NCBI GenBank assembly: GCA_951406725.2 | Contig: OX597814.1 | Coordinates: forward strand, 72,416,001 to 72,480,000 | Length of the DNA: 64,000 nt | Reading direction: 5' to 3' | Origin: Octopus vulgaris | Taxonomy: Eukaryota | Shown here: one piece after another, positions 47,339 to 58,300 of the stretch | Position numbering within the stretch: the first letter of the stretch is position 1 | Layout: each line of letters starts with the position of its first letter | Position numbers and translations under genes: made by a program | Notes under the pieces: generated by a model | What the model was told of the DNA's origin: nothing | The model's database searches: none | Seen by the model: only the letters and a program-made list of their open reading frames with translations

Positions 47339-48770
47339 AATCGAGGGGCCTTAGAGTCAACCTAGCTAAAACCAAAGTACTAATAAGTAGAAAGTTAGAA
47401 AATCCACAAATATCCTCAGGAAGATGGCCCTGCTCGATCTGTAGAAAAGGTGTAGGTAGAAACTCTATAAGATGTACCCAGTGTAAGCTATGGACACATA
47501 AGAGGTGCAGCAATGTCAAAGGTAGGCTAACTGGGAAGATAGTTTTTGTATGTGGCAGATGCTCTGGAGCATTGACCTCCGAAAATCTGCAGAAAACAAC
47601 TTCCGTCACTTTCCGGGGGGAAAGACTAGAAGTAGTTGATAGCTTCCGCTATCTAGGTGACCAAGTCAGTAGTGGGGGCGGGTGCGCTGAAAGTGTAACT
47701 GCTAGAATAAGAATAGCCTGGGCAAAGTTTAGGGAGCTCTTACCTCTGCTGGTGACTAAAGGCCTCTCGCTCAGAGTAAAAGGCAGACTGTATGATGCAT
47801 GTGTACGAACAGCTATGCTACATGGCAGTGAAACATGGGCCGTGACTGCTGAGGACATGCGTAACCTCGTGAGGAACGAAGCCAGTATGCTCCGATGGAT
47901 GTGTAATGTCAGTGTACTTACTCGACAGAGCGTTAGTACCTTGAGAGAAATGTTGTACCTAAGAAGCATCAGTTGTTGTGTGCAAGAGAGACGATTGCGC
48001 TGGTATGGTCATGTGGCGAGAATGGATGAAGATAGGTGTGTGAGAAAGTGCCAATCCCTAGCAGTTGAGGGAACCCGTGGAAGAGGTAGACCCAGGAAAA
48101 CCTGGGACGAAGTGGTGAAGCACGACCTTCGGACGTTAGGTGTCACCATGGAAATGACTAGAGACCGAGACCTATGGAAGTATGCTGTGCGTGAGAAGAC
48201 CCGGCAAGACTAGTGAAGCCATAATCCGTGGCCCCTACCTGGGACGTAGTCAGTCCACATGTGCATACCTTCCTTCTTGTGACACTTGTGAAGACCTGTT
48301 GAGGCAAGTGAGAATCGAATCGAATCAAATCAAATCAAATCGAACCAAATCAAAATAGATGAACATCAATGGAATTTGTATCCTTGTGGTACCAGTGCCG
48401 GTGGCACATAAGAAAACCATCCAAACGTGATCGTAGCCAGTACCGCAACGACTGGCCTCCGTGCTGAGGGCACGTAACAAACACCATCCGAGCGTGGCCG
48501 TCCGCCAGCCCCGTCTGGCACCTGTGTCGGTGGCACATAAAAAACACCATCCGAGCGTGGCTGTCTGCCAGCCTCGTCTGGCACCTGTGTCGGTGGCACA
48601 TAAAATCACCCACTACACTCTCGGAGTGGTTGGCGTTAGGAAGGGCATCCAGCTGTAGAAACACTGCCAGATCTGACTGGCCTGGTGCAGCCTTCGGGCT
48701 CGCCAGACCCCAGTTGAACCGTCCAACCCATGCTAGCATGGAAAGCGGACGTTAAACGATGATGATGATG
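47339..48770 (+). mobile_element. 5'-truncated RTE-clade LINE (PHD family)
   Basis: Very similar to 44518-46060. Three 3' UTR units and a (GAT)n tail. Confidence 0.93.
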
Positions 48771-48909
48771 ATATATGTATATATATATATATATGTATAT
48801 ATATATGTATATATATATGTATATATATATATGTATATATATATATGTATATATATATATATGTATATATATGTATATATATATGTATATATATATATGT
48901 ATATATATG

Positions 48910-48978
<69 letters not shown>

Positions 48979-49062
48979 ATATATGTATATATATTATTTA
49001 TATATATGTATGTATATATGTATATATATTATATATATATATAATATATATATATGTGTGTA

Positions 49063-49121
<59 letters not shown>

Positions 49122-49359
49122 TATTTATTTTTTACATTAATCTTAATCTTATTTCGGCCAGAGTTCTTTCGTCACACTCCTGTGATCGCAACAGTGGTCC
49201 TTTGTTTTCTTCTTTCTTATTTGTGTCTCTCCTTACTAACCGTCAGCCATTTTGTATTTTTATTGGCTAAACTGGCAAAATGACCTTTCCAAAATATAAC
49301 AATATCTGTTTTAACACACAACTTCACTTAAAAAATCTTGCACAACAAATATATAAACG

Positions 49360-49399
<40 letters not shown>

Positions 49400-49537
49400 A
49401 TATATTTATATATATGTATATATATGTATGTATGTATATATATGTATGTATGTGGCCTGGACCAATCTTTGGTCGAAACATATCTAAGTTTTATCTAAGT
49501 TTATGTATGTATGTATGTATGTATGTGTATATATATG

Positions 49538-49582
<45 letters not shown>

Positions 49583-49663
49583 GTATATATATATATATAT
49601 AAGGGAAATAGAGAGTTTGAACACAGAAAAAAATCAATTTATTATATAATAGTCAATATCATA

Positions 49664-49756
49664 TTGCCTATGTCCGTTTCAATTTCTTACCTTCATTTGT
49701 ATTTTACAATGAAGATTGCATTATGCATTTAAAAGGTAAAAATCTCTTCAGGGCAA
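49664..49756 (-). ncRNA. Type I hammerhead ribozyme with extended helix II (arm 1 of an inverted pair)
   Basis: ttgcc-CTGAAGA-gatttttacctt...aaggtaagaaatt-GAAA-cggaca-TA-ggcaa. Helix I is a perfect 5 bp, helix III is mutated. Confidence 0.7.
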
Positions 49757-50032
49757 GAAATTGATAAAAAGTCGTTCACATCCTGATGGATGGTGGTTGC
49801 TTTCCGACTGAAATAGCAATATGCATTTGTGTGTGTGTGTGTGTGTGTGTGTGAGCATGCGTGTCTTTTGGATTCCTTGCTAAAAATAGCTTGTGGTTAA
49901 ATTACAACCACATTGGACAATGGAATTTAGATCGGTTTTATAAAGGTTGGCTACTACTCTTTTCTGTACTCACTTGTGAAAAGAATAAAAATAATATATA
50001 TATATATATTCACAAGAATCCAAATCAATTTT

Positions 50033-50125
50033 TTGCCCTGAAGAGATTTTAACCTTTTGAATGCATAATGCAATCTTAATTGCAAAATATGAATGAAGGT
50101 AAGAAATTGAAATGTATGTAGACAA
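50033..50125 (+). ncRNA. Type I hammerhead ribozyme (arm 2 of the inverted pair 49600-49766 / 50024-50188)
   Basis: ttgcc-CTGAAGA-gattttaacctt...aaggtaagaaatt-GAAA-tgtatg-TA-gacaa. Confidence 0.65.
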
Positions 50126-50391
50126 TATGAAATAGACTATTATATAAATAAATTGATTTTTGCTGTGTTCAAACTCTCCATTTTCTTTATATTGTATCAT
50201 TAAAATTCTCTTCTCCTATATTGAATGGATGAAAACATCTATAATGACAACTGGAACTTCATAAATGTTAACACTAATTAATGAATTCCAAGTATATTAA
50301 TCAATATGGAACTAAGCCAGTGTATGCTTGGATAAAATACATTCCTGTGAAAGTGCAATCTCTTTCCATTCGAAATTTACATATATATATA

Positions 50392-51023
50392 TATTTAATC
50401 ATATCAAAGGGAAATGGAAATTAATTAAAATTTACATTTCCAGTGGTCTAACGTGTAAAAATTTAGTCCAAAAGACTATGTATTAGTCATAAGATACAGT
50501 GTACATTTAAACACATGAGGAATCCACTTATAGGATTCAACACATTAGAAAGAACTGCTAGGTTCTATAACCACAAAATTAGGGATAAAATTCGACAGGA
50601 ACGAAATGAAAAATAAAAACATTTTACCATCTAGTTTCCTGGACCAATTGGTTTCTGATTTTAGTTTAGGGAGTAAATGAATAACATATACACTCGCCAG
50701 GTGAAATCGTCTTCAGCAGGAACACCTAGGGTTAAACATATACACATGAGGCGATCAAACTACGTGCCCCTTGTTTATACATCCTAACTTTTTCAAAATC
50801 TACTGCGCAGCCGCAGTCCTTTGCCAGCAATAAAAAAAATGCCAACTTTTAAAAACCGAAAATTATCCAAAAACTTTGAATATTTAATCATATCAAAGGG
50901 AAATGGAAATTAATTAAAATTTACATTTCCTAATTTTGTGGTTATAGAACCTAGCTGTTCTTTCTAGCATGTTGAATCCTATGAGTGGATTCCTCATGTG
51001 TTTAAATGTACACTATATCTTAT

Positions 51024-51028
<5 letters not shown>
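50392..51028 (-). mobile_element. Non-coding Penelope-type/retrozyme-like element with direct and inverted terminal segments
   Basis: 50-bp direct repeat (50392-50441 / 50881-50930), ~100-bp inverted repeat (50484-50583 / 50929-51028), internal hammerhead, TA-flanked. Confidence 0.7.
50636..50722 (-). ncRNA. Type I hammerhead ribozyme with palindromic helix III and extended helix II
   Basis: ttcctg-CTGAAGA-cgattt...aaatca-GAAA-ccaattgg-TC-caggaa. Helix I is 6 bp, helix III is the palindrome ACCAATTGGT, GUC cleavage triplet. Confidence 0.8.
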
Positions 51029-51098
<70 letters not shown>

Positions 51099-51104
51099 CA
51101 TATA

Positions 51105-51775
51105 TCAGGTCATCCTTTGATTTCTGTACAAATTTTGAATAAAGAAAACTAGTGATCAAATGTTATATTTGATTGAAATTTAATCATCAATATACTTTCC
51201 TTGATTATCTATGACTTCCTTCCATCTATTTACAAGCTTTTTAATCCCATCAATGTAAAACGCTTTTGGTTCAAAGCGAAGAACTCTGAAATGTCACTTT
51301 CAACTTCCTCCTGGCTTGCAAAAGTTATGTCCCCCAAATGATTCTGTAAACTACAAAACAAATGGTAGTCTGAAGATGCAAGGTTGGGAGAATAAGGTGG
51401 ATGAGGAATTTTTTCCCAATCAAGCTCTTTGATCTTCTGTGATATGATCTTTGCAGAGTGGGGTCATGCATTGTCCTGATGAAACACCACTCCTTTTTGA
51501 TTCACTGAAGCGGGGCTTTTTTTCTTCAAAGCTTGGTTCAAACTCACTAATTGCTGACAGTAGACTTGAGCATTGATTGTTGCATTAGGTGGTAACAATT
51601 CAAAGTGAATTACTCCTTTGCAATCCCAGCAGATAAAGAGAAGAATCTTTTTCCCATGAAGTTCCCTTCTCGGTTGTGGTTGAACTTTTTCCCTTTTGCC
51701 AAGCCACTGTTTATGACGTTTAACATTTCCATAGAAGATCCATTTTTCGCCACCAGCCACAAGTGTATCCAAAAA
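51105..51775 (-). mobile_element. Mariner transposase remnant (catalytic domain and one end)
   Basis: EKWIFYGN..K.LL.I.WD.KGVIHFELL..VFHQDNA, then PHPPYSPNLASSDYH. Confidence 0.88.
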
Positions 51776-52050
51776 AGGTGAAATGAGTTTGCCTGCAAGA
51801 GTGGTGTGCCAGTGCCACCTAAAGAGTACTCATGCTGGTGCCACATAAAAGTACTTATGTAGTACCACGTAAAAGCACCCAGCACATACTGTAAAGTGGT
51901 TGGCACATGGAAGGGCTGTAGAAACCATATCAAATCAGACTGGAGCTTGGTGCAGCTCTCTGGCTTGCTAGCTTTGGTCAAATTGCCCAACCTATGGGAA
52001 ACTGTCCAACCCATGGAAAACAGACATTAAAAGTTGAGATGATGATGATG
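51776..52050 (+). mobile_element. Short element sharing the RTE 3' UTR and (GAT)n tail
   Basis: gtgccagtgcca..taaaagcaccc..agtggttggc..tccaacccatggaaaacagacattaa..gatgatg. Confidence 0.65.
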
Positions 52051-52446
52051 ATCCACTGAGGTCACTGGCTACAATAATAAGGTCACTGTTATTTGCTGTT
52101 AAGTTAGTCTGCAGATGGTTCTCATAGAAGTGTTCCTTCTATTCATCTGTTAACCTTACCTGTGGGCTATATATAGAGAGAAATGTTGCTGTTGAGTTGC
52201 CTATGTTTAGTTTAAATTATCCTATCACACTTTGACTGTCTCAGTTACTGAATCTGTTTCTAAGCTAAGAATAGTGCAAAGCTGCTTTTGAATGTATATA
52301 TCAGCTATTATTGTTTGACTATCATCTAGCAGCTCCTGATGAATTATTCCATGCATATCTCCCCACACACTCAGAAGAATCTTCCTTCGATGCCGGCCAC
52401 TTCTGGCTGCTAAGCTGGTTCTCCTTCACAACTGAGCCACCGACAT

Positions 52447-53080
52447 TTTTACTTAACATTATGGTAAAGTATCTGTTTTTCATCCCTAATATTAACTCTA
52501 TTCAAAAGTTGCAGCTCATGAGATTGCAATTGTGCATGGCAGTCAGCATGTTGTATGTGATTGTCTGTAGAGAGATCATGTGGGACCCATTTTCTAATTT
52601 TTGACACTTTACCAAGCCTTTTCAATTTGCAAAGAATGGTGGTATGGCCCACATTGAAACCTGTACTCAGTTCCCAAACTATAGCAGTTGGGTTTGCTTC
52701 TACAGGATCCAACCTTCTTGAGTGCCCTTCTCTTGATTCATCCTGTAGGCTGTAGTTCCCATTTCTGAATCATGAAAACCATCATCTGCTTGTTTTTTGA
52801 GTCACTATGCCATCACCATAAGAGTTTTGGAGTACTTTTATTACAACACTTGCACTATTCCCTTTTTGAAATTTATAAAGAATAACATGACGAATTTGTT
52901 CTTTGCTTGGAGCAAACATGGACTCAATACAATAGCTTCAGTTATGATAAAATCAATAAAATCTGGAAGAAAATGATATATACTAATGAGTTTGTTTTAT
53001 TTCAAATAGAAATGAGAAGTTAAACACCTTTAAATCTAACTAGATATTTACTTAAAAAAAAATGAACGAAGCTTTTCATA
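52447..53080 (-). mobile_element. Second mariner remnant (N-terminal HTH region)
   Basis: L...G.V.K..KWVPHDLS and DEKQILYHNVK. Confidence 0.8.
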
Positions 53081-53092
53081 AAAATAGTCTGT

Positions 53093-53243
53093 TTTTGTAA
53101 AGAAGGATATGTAGGACCAACATGTGATCCGCATCGTTGTTTCTCCAACTACACTAAAATAAAAGGGCAACCTGAATGCCGTAATGTATTTATTTTGCAA
53201 TATGAACAAAAAATGTTGTCATTTTGATGTTTTATGTGTTACT
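53093..53243 (+). pseudogene. Diverged duplicate of the 3' half of MEGF8-like exon 53840-54024 plus intron start
   Basis: tgtaaagaaggatatgtaggaccaacatgtgatc...attttgatgttttatgtgttac matches about 53933-54083. Two Cys codons are mutated and the donor has lost its aagt. Confidence 0.85.
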
Positions 53244-53550
53244 TCAACCTGATAGAACTGGCAACATTATTGATAACAAAATAGATTATAGCATCTCCTT
53301 TCAGCCAGTCCACACTTGATTAAACATTAGATATTTTCGGTGACTGATCATGACTCACTATAAATATGACTTGCTTAATTATTAACCAAAATATTGTCTG
53401 CATGATTAAAAACTAACATAGCTACTGGGCTACATACCTTTATTAACAATAATGTCTTTAGACATTATTGTTAATACACATTTTTATATATTCTAGATTT
53501 CTCAATAACTGAATAGGTACCAAAGGTCATTTTGCAAAGTCAGTTCATAT

Positions 53551-53768
53551 TTAACCCTTTAGCATTCAGGTTACTCTGTCAAATGTAATATTTATTCATC
53601 TAAATCATTTTCAACTAATCTTGTAGCTTCGAGATTTTAATGATGTGATTGTTTATTTTTTGAATGACATTGAAGGACAAGTGTGGAAGGCTGAAACTGG
53701 CCATTTTGAACATAAAACAGAGAGAATATTTTGGCAGGATATGGCTGCTTTAAATACTAAAGGGTTAA
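53551..53768. mobile_element. TTAA MITE (piggyBac-like)
   Basis: TTAACCCTTTAGCATT ... AATACTAAAGGGTTAA. Confidence 0.8.
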
Positions 53769-53839
53769 TATAAAAGAAATTTTTTTTAGGATGATGATAA
53801 ACATAAACTGTAGTACTAACTCTAATTTTTATATTCCAG

Positions 53840-54024
53840 ATCCCATTCGCCAAGGATTTAATGCACATTATGTAGTTAATTGGTGTCCTTCTCACTGCAA
53901 AGGAAATCGTGAATGTAAAAACAATCAGTGTATTTGTAAAGAAGGATATGTAGGACCAACATGTGATCAGCATCTTTGTTTCTCCAATTGCACTGAAATA
54001 AAAGGGGGACCTGAATGTTGTAAT
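53840..54024 (+). CDS. MEGF8: MEGF8-like exon: end of CUB domain plus EGF repeats
   Basis: ttccag|...|gtaagt, translating to PIRQGFNAHYVVNWCPSHCKGNRECKNNQCICKEGYVGPTCDQHLCFSNCTEIKGGPECCN. Confidence 0.8.
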
Positions 54025-54499
54025 GTAAGTATCTATTTTGCATTATGAACAAAATCTTGCCATTTTGATGTTTTATGTGTTACATTTCAGTCAAAAATGC
54101 AATTAACAATTTTGTATTTAAAATCAGTAATTATTCAGTCTATGCCTATATATATAAACATATATGAATTGGCCAATGCATGGGTGGTACCACGCACAAT
54201 GAGAAACATAACATACTAAATTTTACCTGTAGTAGTAATTATATATGATAAAAGTAGTAATGTTTTTTAAATTAAATTAGAGATAGGTTTGAACAAGAAC
54301 AATTAACTTTAAATGTTATATTTCTGTCTTGAATAGTATTTTTAGGCAGGCAGTCTTACTTGTTTTGTTTATATATTGTGATCTACATTATATTTTATAT
54401 AGTTAAATAATTATACACAGTTGTTAAAAATTTAGAATGAGTAGAAAAAGAAAGTGCTGTCAATACTTGAGTGAATATTTGAAATATAGATTTATTCAA

Positions 54500-56900
54500 T
54501 CTATTCTTCTTCTTGTTAGTCCATCTATTTCCAATGAAGATGTAGCCTGTGGTTTCAGTAATCAGTGGTGGGAACACATGTGGTTCCACAGCCCAAAGCC
54601 AGAAGCACACAGGCACTTGCAGGTTGGACACTGGTAGTCTGTAATCAGGATTGAGGATGATGTGGCCCAGTGACATCTGTCTCTTTCTTGCAGCTGCAAG
54701 GCTTTGCTATCTATCCTCCTCAAAGGCAGCACAGCAGTGTTGGTGATTGACTTCCAGGTAGCTCTGTTTGTGGCTGCAATCTTGAGTTTGTGAGGCTGGA
54801 TGCCACACCACTTTAGGTTATCCTTTAGGGTGTCCTTATGCCTCAACTTGAGTCTTCCTTGTTGCCTTATGCCTTCCTTTAACTGTACATCAACTGTTTG
54901 AGGATGTGGTGGTTGTTCATTCTTATGACGTGGCTGGTCCAGTGTAACTGAGCTTTGAGCAGAAATGCTTTGACGCTCGTGGACTCTGCCCCGTCTTGGA
55001 CTTCTTTTTTGGAAACTCTGTCCTGCCAGCAGATGCCCATGATTGTGTACAATGATCTTGTGTGGAACTGTTCCAACTGTTTGATGTGCTGACAGTATGG
55101 AGTCCACGTTTCACAACCATACAGCAGCATGGAAAGAATGATAGCTTTGTATATTTTGAGTTTCTCTTTGTATATCTTGGATGGCTGCACACCCTTCTGT
55201 TGTAGTATTTTAATTCTGAGTCTACTGAGTTCTTGGCTGGCTTTCTGGATCCTAGATGTGATTTCTTTATCCAGGGAACTGTTTGCAGAGATAATGCTAC
55301 CTAGATACCTGAAACTTTCAACACAGTTCAGCTGAACCCCATCAGTGGTGATAGCTGGTTTAGGTTTTGTTGTATTTGGGACTGCCTGGAGCAAGACCTC
55401 CATCTTCCTAAGGCTGATGGTCAGGCTGAAGAGTCTGGATGCCTTGGTGAAGTGATCTGGTGGTGGTTTTCCTTGTGGGCCATGAGGCCACAGTCATCCG
55501 TGAAGGGGACTTTGAGGATGAGCTTTTCCCTGGTTTTCATTTTGGCAGACAGGTGGTGGGGGTCAAATACGGAACCATTGATTCAGTACTTGATGTAATG
55601 CCCAGGTCAAGGTTCTTTACAGTGTGGAGGAGGACCTGCATGAAGAACAAGTTGAAGAGCACTTGTCACACAGCAAACTGCATATCTATGGTGCTGCAGC
55701 CAAGGCAGGAACCACTCTGGGCCTTGAGCAGGTTGCTCTTGGAGATGTTGGCGAGTCTGTTGAGGAGGATGTGGGCGAGGATCTTGCTTGCAGTCTGTCC
55801 TGGCTCTTTTGTTCTTGCATAGAATGATTATGGTGGTATCTTGCAGATCTGTTGGGATGTCTTCCTGGTCCCTGATGGTCAAGAGGATGTCATGGAAGGT
55901 GTTGGAGACTGTGGGTATGAGTGACTTGAACAATTCAGCAGGTATTCCATCCCTTCCTGGTGCTTTGCTGCAGGGAATCTGTTTGATGGCAGTCTGTACC
56001 TCTTCTTTGCTAGGCAGGAGGTCCAGATCCTCCTGGATTGGCTACTGGGTGATCTGCTATAGGTCTGTTTGATCGACGATGGAAGGGCGTTCGAGGAGCT
56101 GGCTGAATTGTTCCTGTCACCTTGCAGTGAAACCTTCCTTGTCTTTGATGATAGTGGAGCCATCAGTGGAGAGTAGGGGTGCCAATCTTCTACATGAAGG
56201 CCTATAGATGGCTTGGAGTTGTTTGTGTTGGTGTAGAACTGCACTTTGTCAGCATTCTTTTCCCACCAAACATCTTGGTGGTGCAGAGTTTACATTGAAC
56301 TCTGGCCTTTCATTCTTTGAACCTATTGCGTCATGAGACACAACTGGGATGGTTCTGCCAGTTAATGTAGGCAGCTCTCTTCTCATTCAGCAGGGTTTGG
56401 ATGGCTTCATTGTTTTCATCAAACCAGTCTTGATGATGCCTCCTCTTGGGGCCAAGGACTGCTTTTATTGTCTCAGTGATTGCTTCTTTGAACTGGTTCC
56501 ATTTTGCTTCTGATCCTCTAGTAAGTCGACCTGCTGCATCGAGTCCCACTAGTATTAAGTAGACTGAAGTCTTGCTGTGTTGAAGGTTTGTTTGATGAGC
56601 TTGGGGTGCTTGGAGTGGTAGGGAACTATGCGAATGTTGAACTTGACTTGAACAAAGCAGTAGTCTGTCCAGTAGTTTACACTGCACACTGCCCTGGTGG
56701 TGAGGACATCACTGCTGTCACGCTGATGGGTGATAATGTAGTCTATGAGATGCTGTTGTTTGGATCGGGGATGCATCCACATGTTCTTGTATTTATCAGC
56801 CTGCTTAAAGACTGTATTTGTGATAAGCAGTTCATATTCTGCACATTTGCTCAGCAGGAGAAGTCCATTGCTGTTCATCTTGCCTACACTTCCCGTATAA
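54500..56900 (-). mobile_element. Decayed RTE (BovB-like) LINE in a MEGF8-like intron
   Basis: NSNGLLLLSKCAEYEL.ITNT.F..WMHPRSK..HLIDYII, RRHHQDWFDEN, FRYLGSII, LLYGCETWT, with many stops. Confidence 0.85.
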
Positions 56901-57371
56901 ATAAAATTACCCATTTGCAAAGAAAAAAAAAGAAAAAGATTAAAATATTGTCTCTTTAAAGAAAGTTAAAATATAAATACTTACAAACAACTTGCATTTT
57001 TGAAATCACATTCATTTAAAAATATTTCTAAATGATTAAAATATTGTGTTTAACAAAGCAAAAATAGAAAAAAAATCTTATTTTTTCATTGTCAACTCAC
57101 TGTCTAATAGAAAGATAAGAGTTTCTTCACTTTCAGGATGAAGATTATTTTTGGAACATTTTCCCATTATGCACTGTTTTGGGCATTTATACCCCCAAAA
57201 GTTTTTAATATCTCAAAAACCACTTTACCGATTTATGTGAAACTTGTTTCATTCCGTTCGTATTAACATTTCAGGGTAAACTTAATTCATAGAATTGTCC
57301 CATTATATGCTGGTTTGGCTGAGTAACATTGCAAGCAAGCGAGATTCAAACTGACTTTTAATGTATTATAG

Positions 57372-58130
57372 ATTTAAAGGAAACAGTTCCACATATAATT
57401 GCAGTTCATTGTGTTATTCATGGAGAACACTTGGCTGCAAAACCTCTTAGTGGTAGAGTACATAATGTGTTGAATGATATAATTAAAACAGTAAAATCAA
57501 GACCCATTCGCTGAATGACCATATCTTTTGGAAGCTTTGCTATGGAAAAGAACAAAAATTTAGGCACCTGTTGCTTCACACTGACGTGTGATAGCTCTTG
57601 AATGGAGATTGTTTAAAGCATTTTTATGATCTCTGTGATACTGTTTTAGAATTCCTTAATTCATATGATGAGGACATGTATAATGAATTAAGTAATGAAA
57701 GAAATGACATTGCATATCTTTCTGATATTTTCACTAATTTAAATGAGGTTAACATTGAGTTGCAGGGAAATAATATAAAGTATTATAGTAAAAGGAATTA
57801 TAAATGCATTTATCAGCGAATTATCTCACAACAAAGAGAGATTATCAAGGAGAGATTTTTTTACAGTTTCCAAGCCTGCACACAATAGAAAACAATGATA
57901 GCATTTTAGATATGGATATAGATTGCTATTGGTCTCATCTACAGATACCGAAAGAAGACTTAAAGTCAGGGCTTAAAGATTTCACTGATCTTAAATTATT
58001 GGGTTATAAAGCCATTTCTTTCTTATATCTCTTCTGTTCAATCAAACTTACATGAAGAATTTATTGACTTAAAAATGATTTCGAAGCTCAAGTATATTTT
58101 TAACAGCTTGGTTATGAATCTTTCTGTACC
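57372..58130 (+). mobile_element. hAT (Buster/Charlie-type) transposase remnant
   Basis: VHCVIHGEHLAAK (CxxH), LLLHTDV**L (decayed HTEVRW), IAYLSDIF..LNEVN.ELQG. Confidence 0.8.
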
Positions 58131-58244
58131 CTTATCAGATGGGTAGTTATGATGGGTATACTGGGCTTTGTATATTTTACCTCAGTGCTCTCTCATTCAA
58201 TAATAATAATTATATATAGATATATATATATATATATATATATA

Positions 58245-58300
58245 TACCCATGCTATCATGGAAAGCGGACGTTAAACGATGATGATGATGATGATGATGA
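58245..58300 (+). mobile_element. Extremely 5'-truncated RTE tail
   Basis: acccatgctatcatggaaagcggacgttaaac(gat)n directly after (TA)n. Confidence 0.75.

Noticed and set aside
52325-52400. CTGATGA motif or possible exon
   Set aside because: No matching GAAA or helices, and no recognisable protein similarity.
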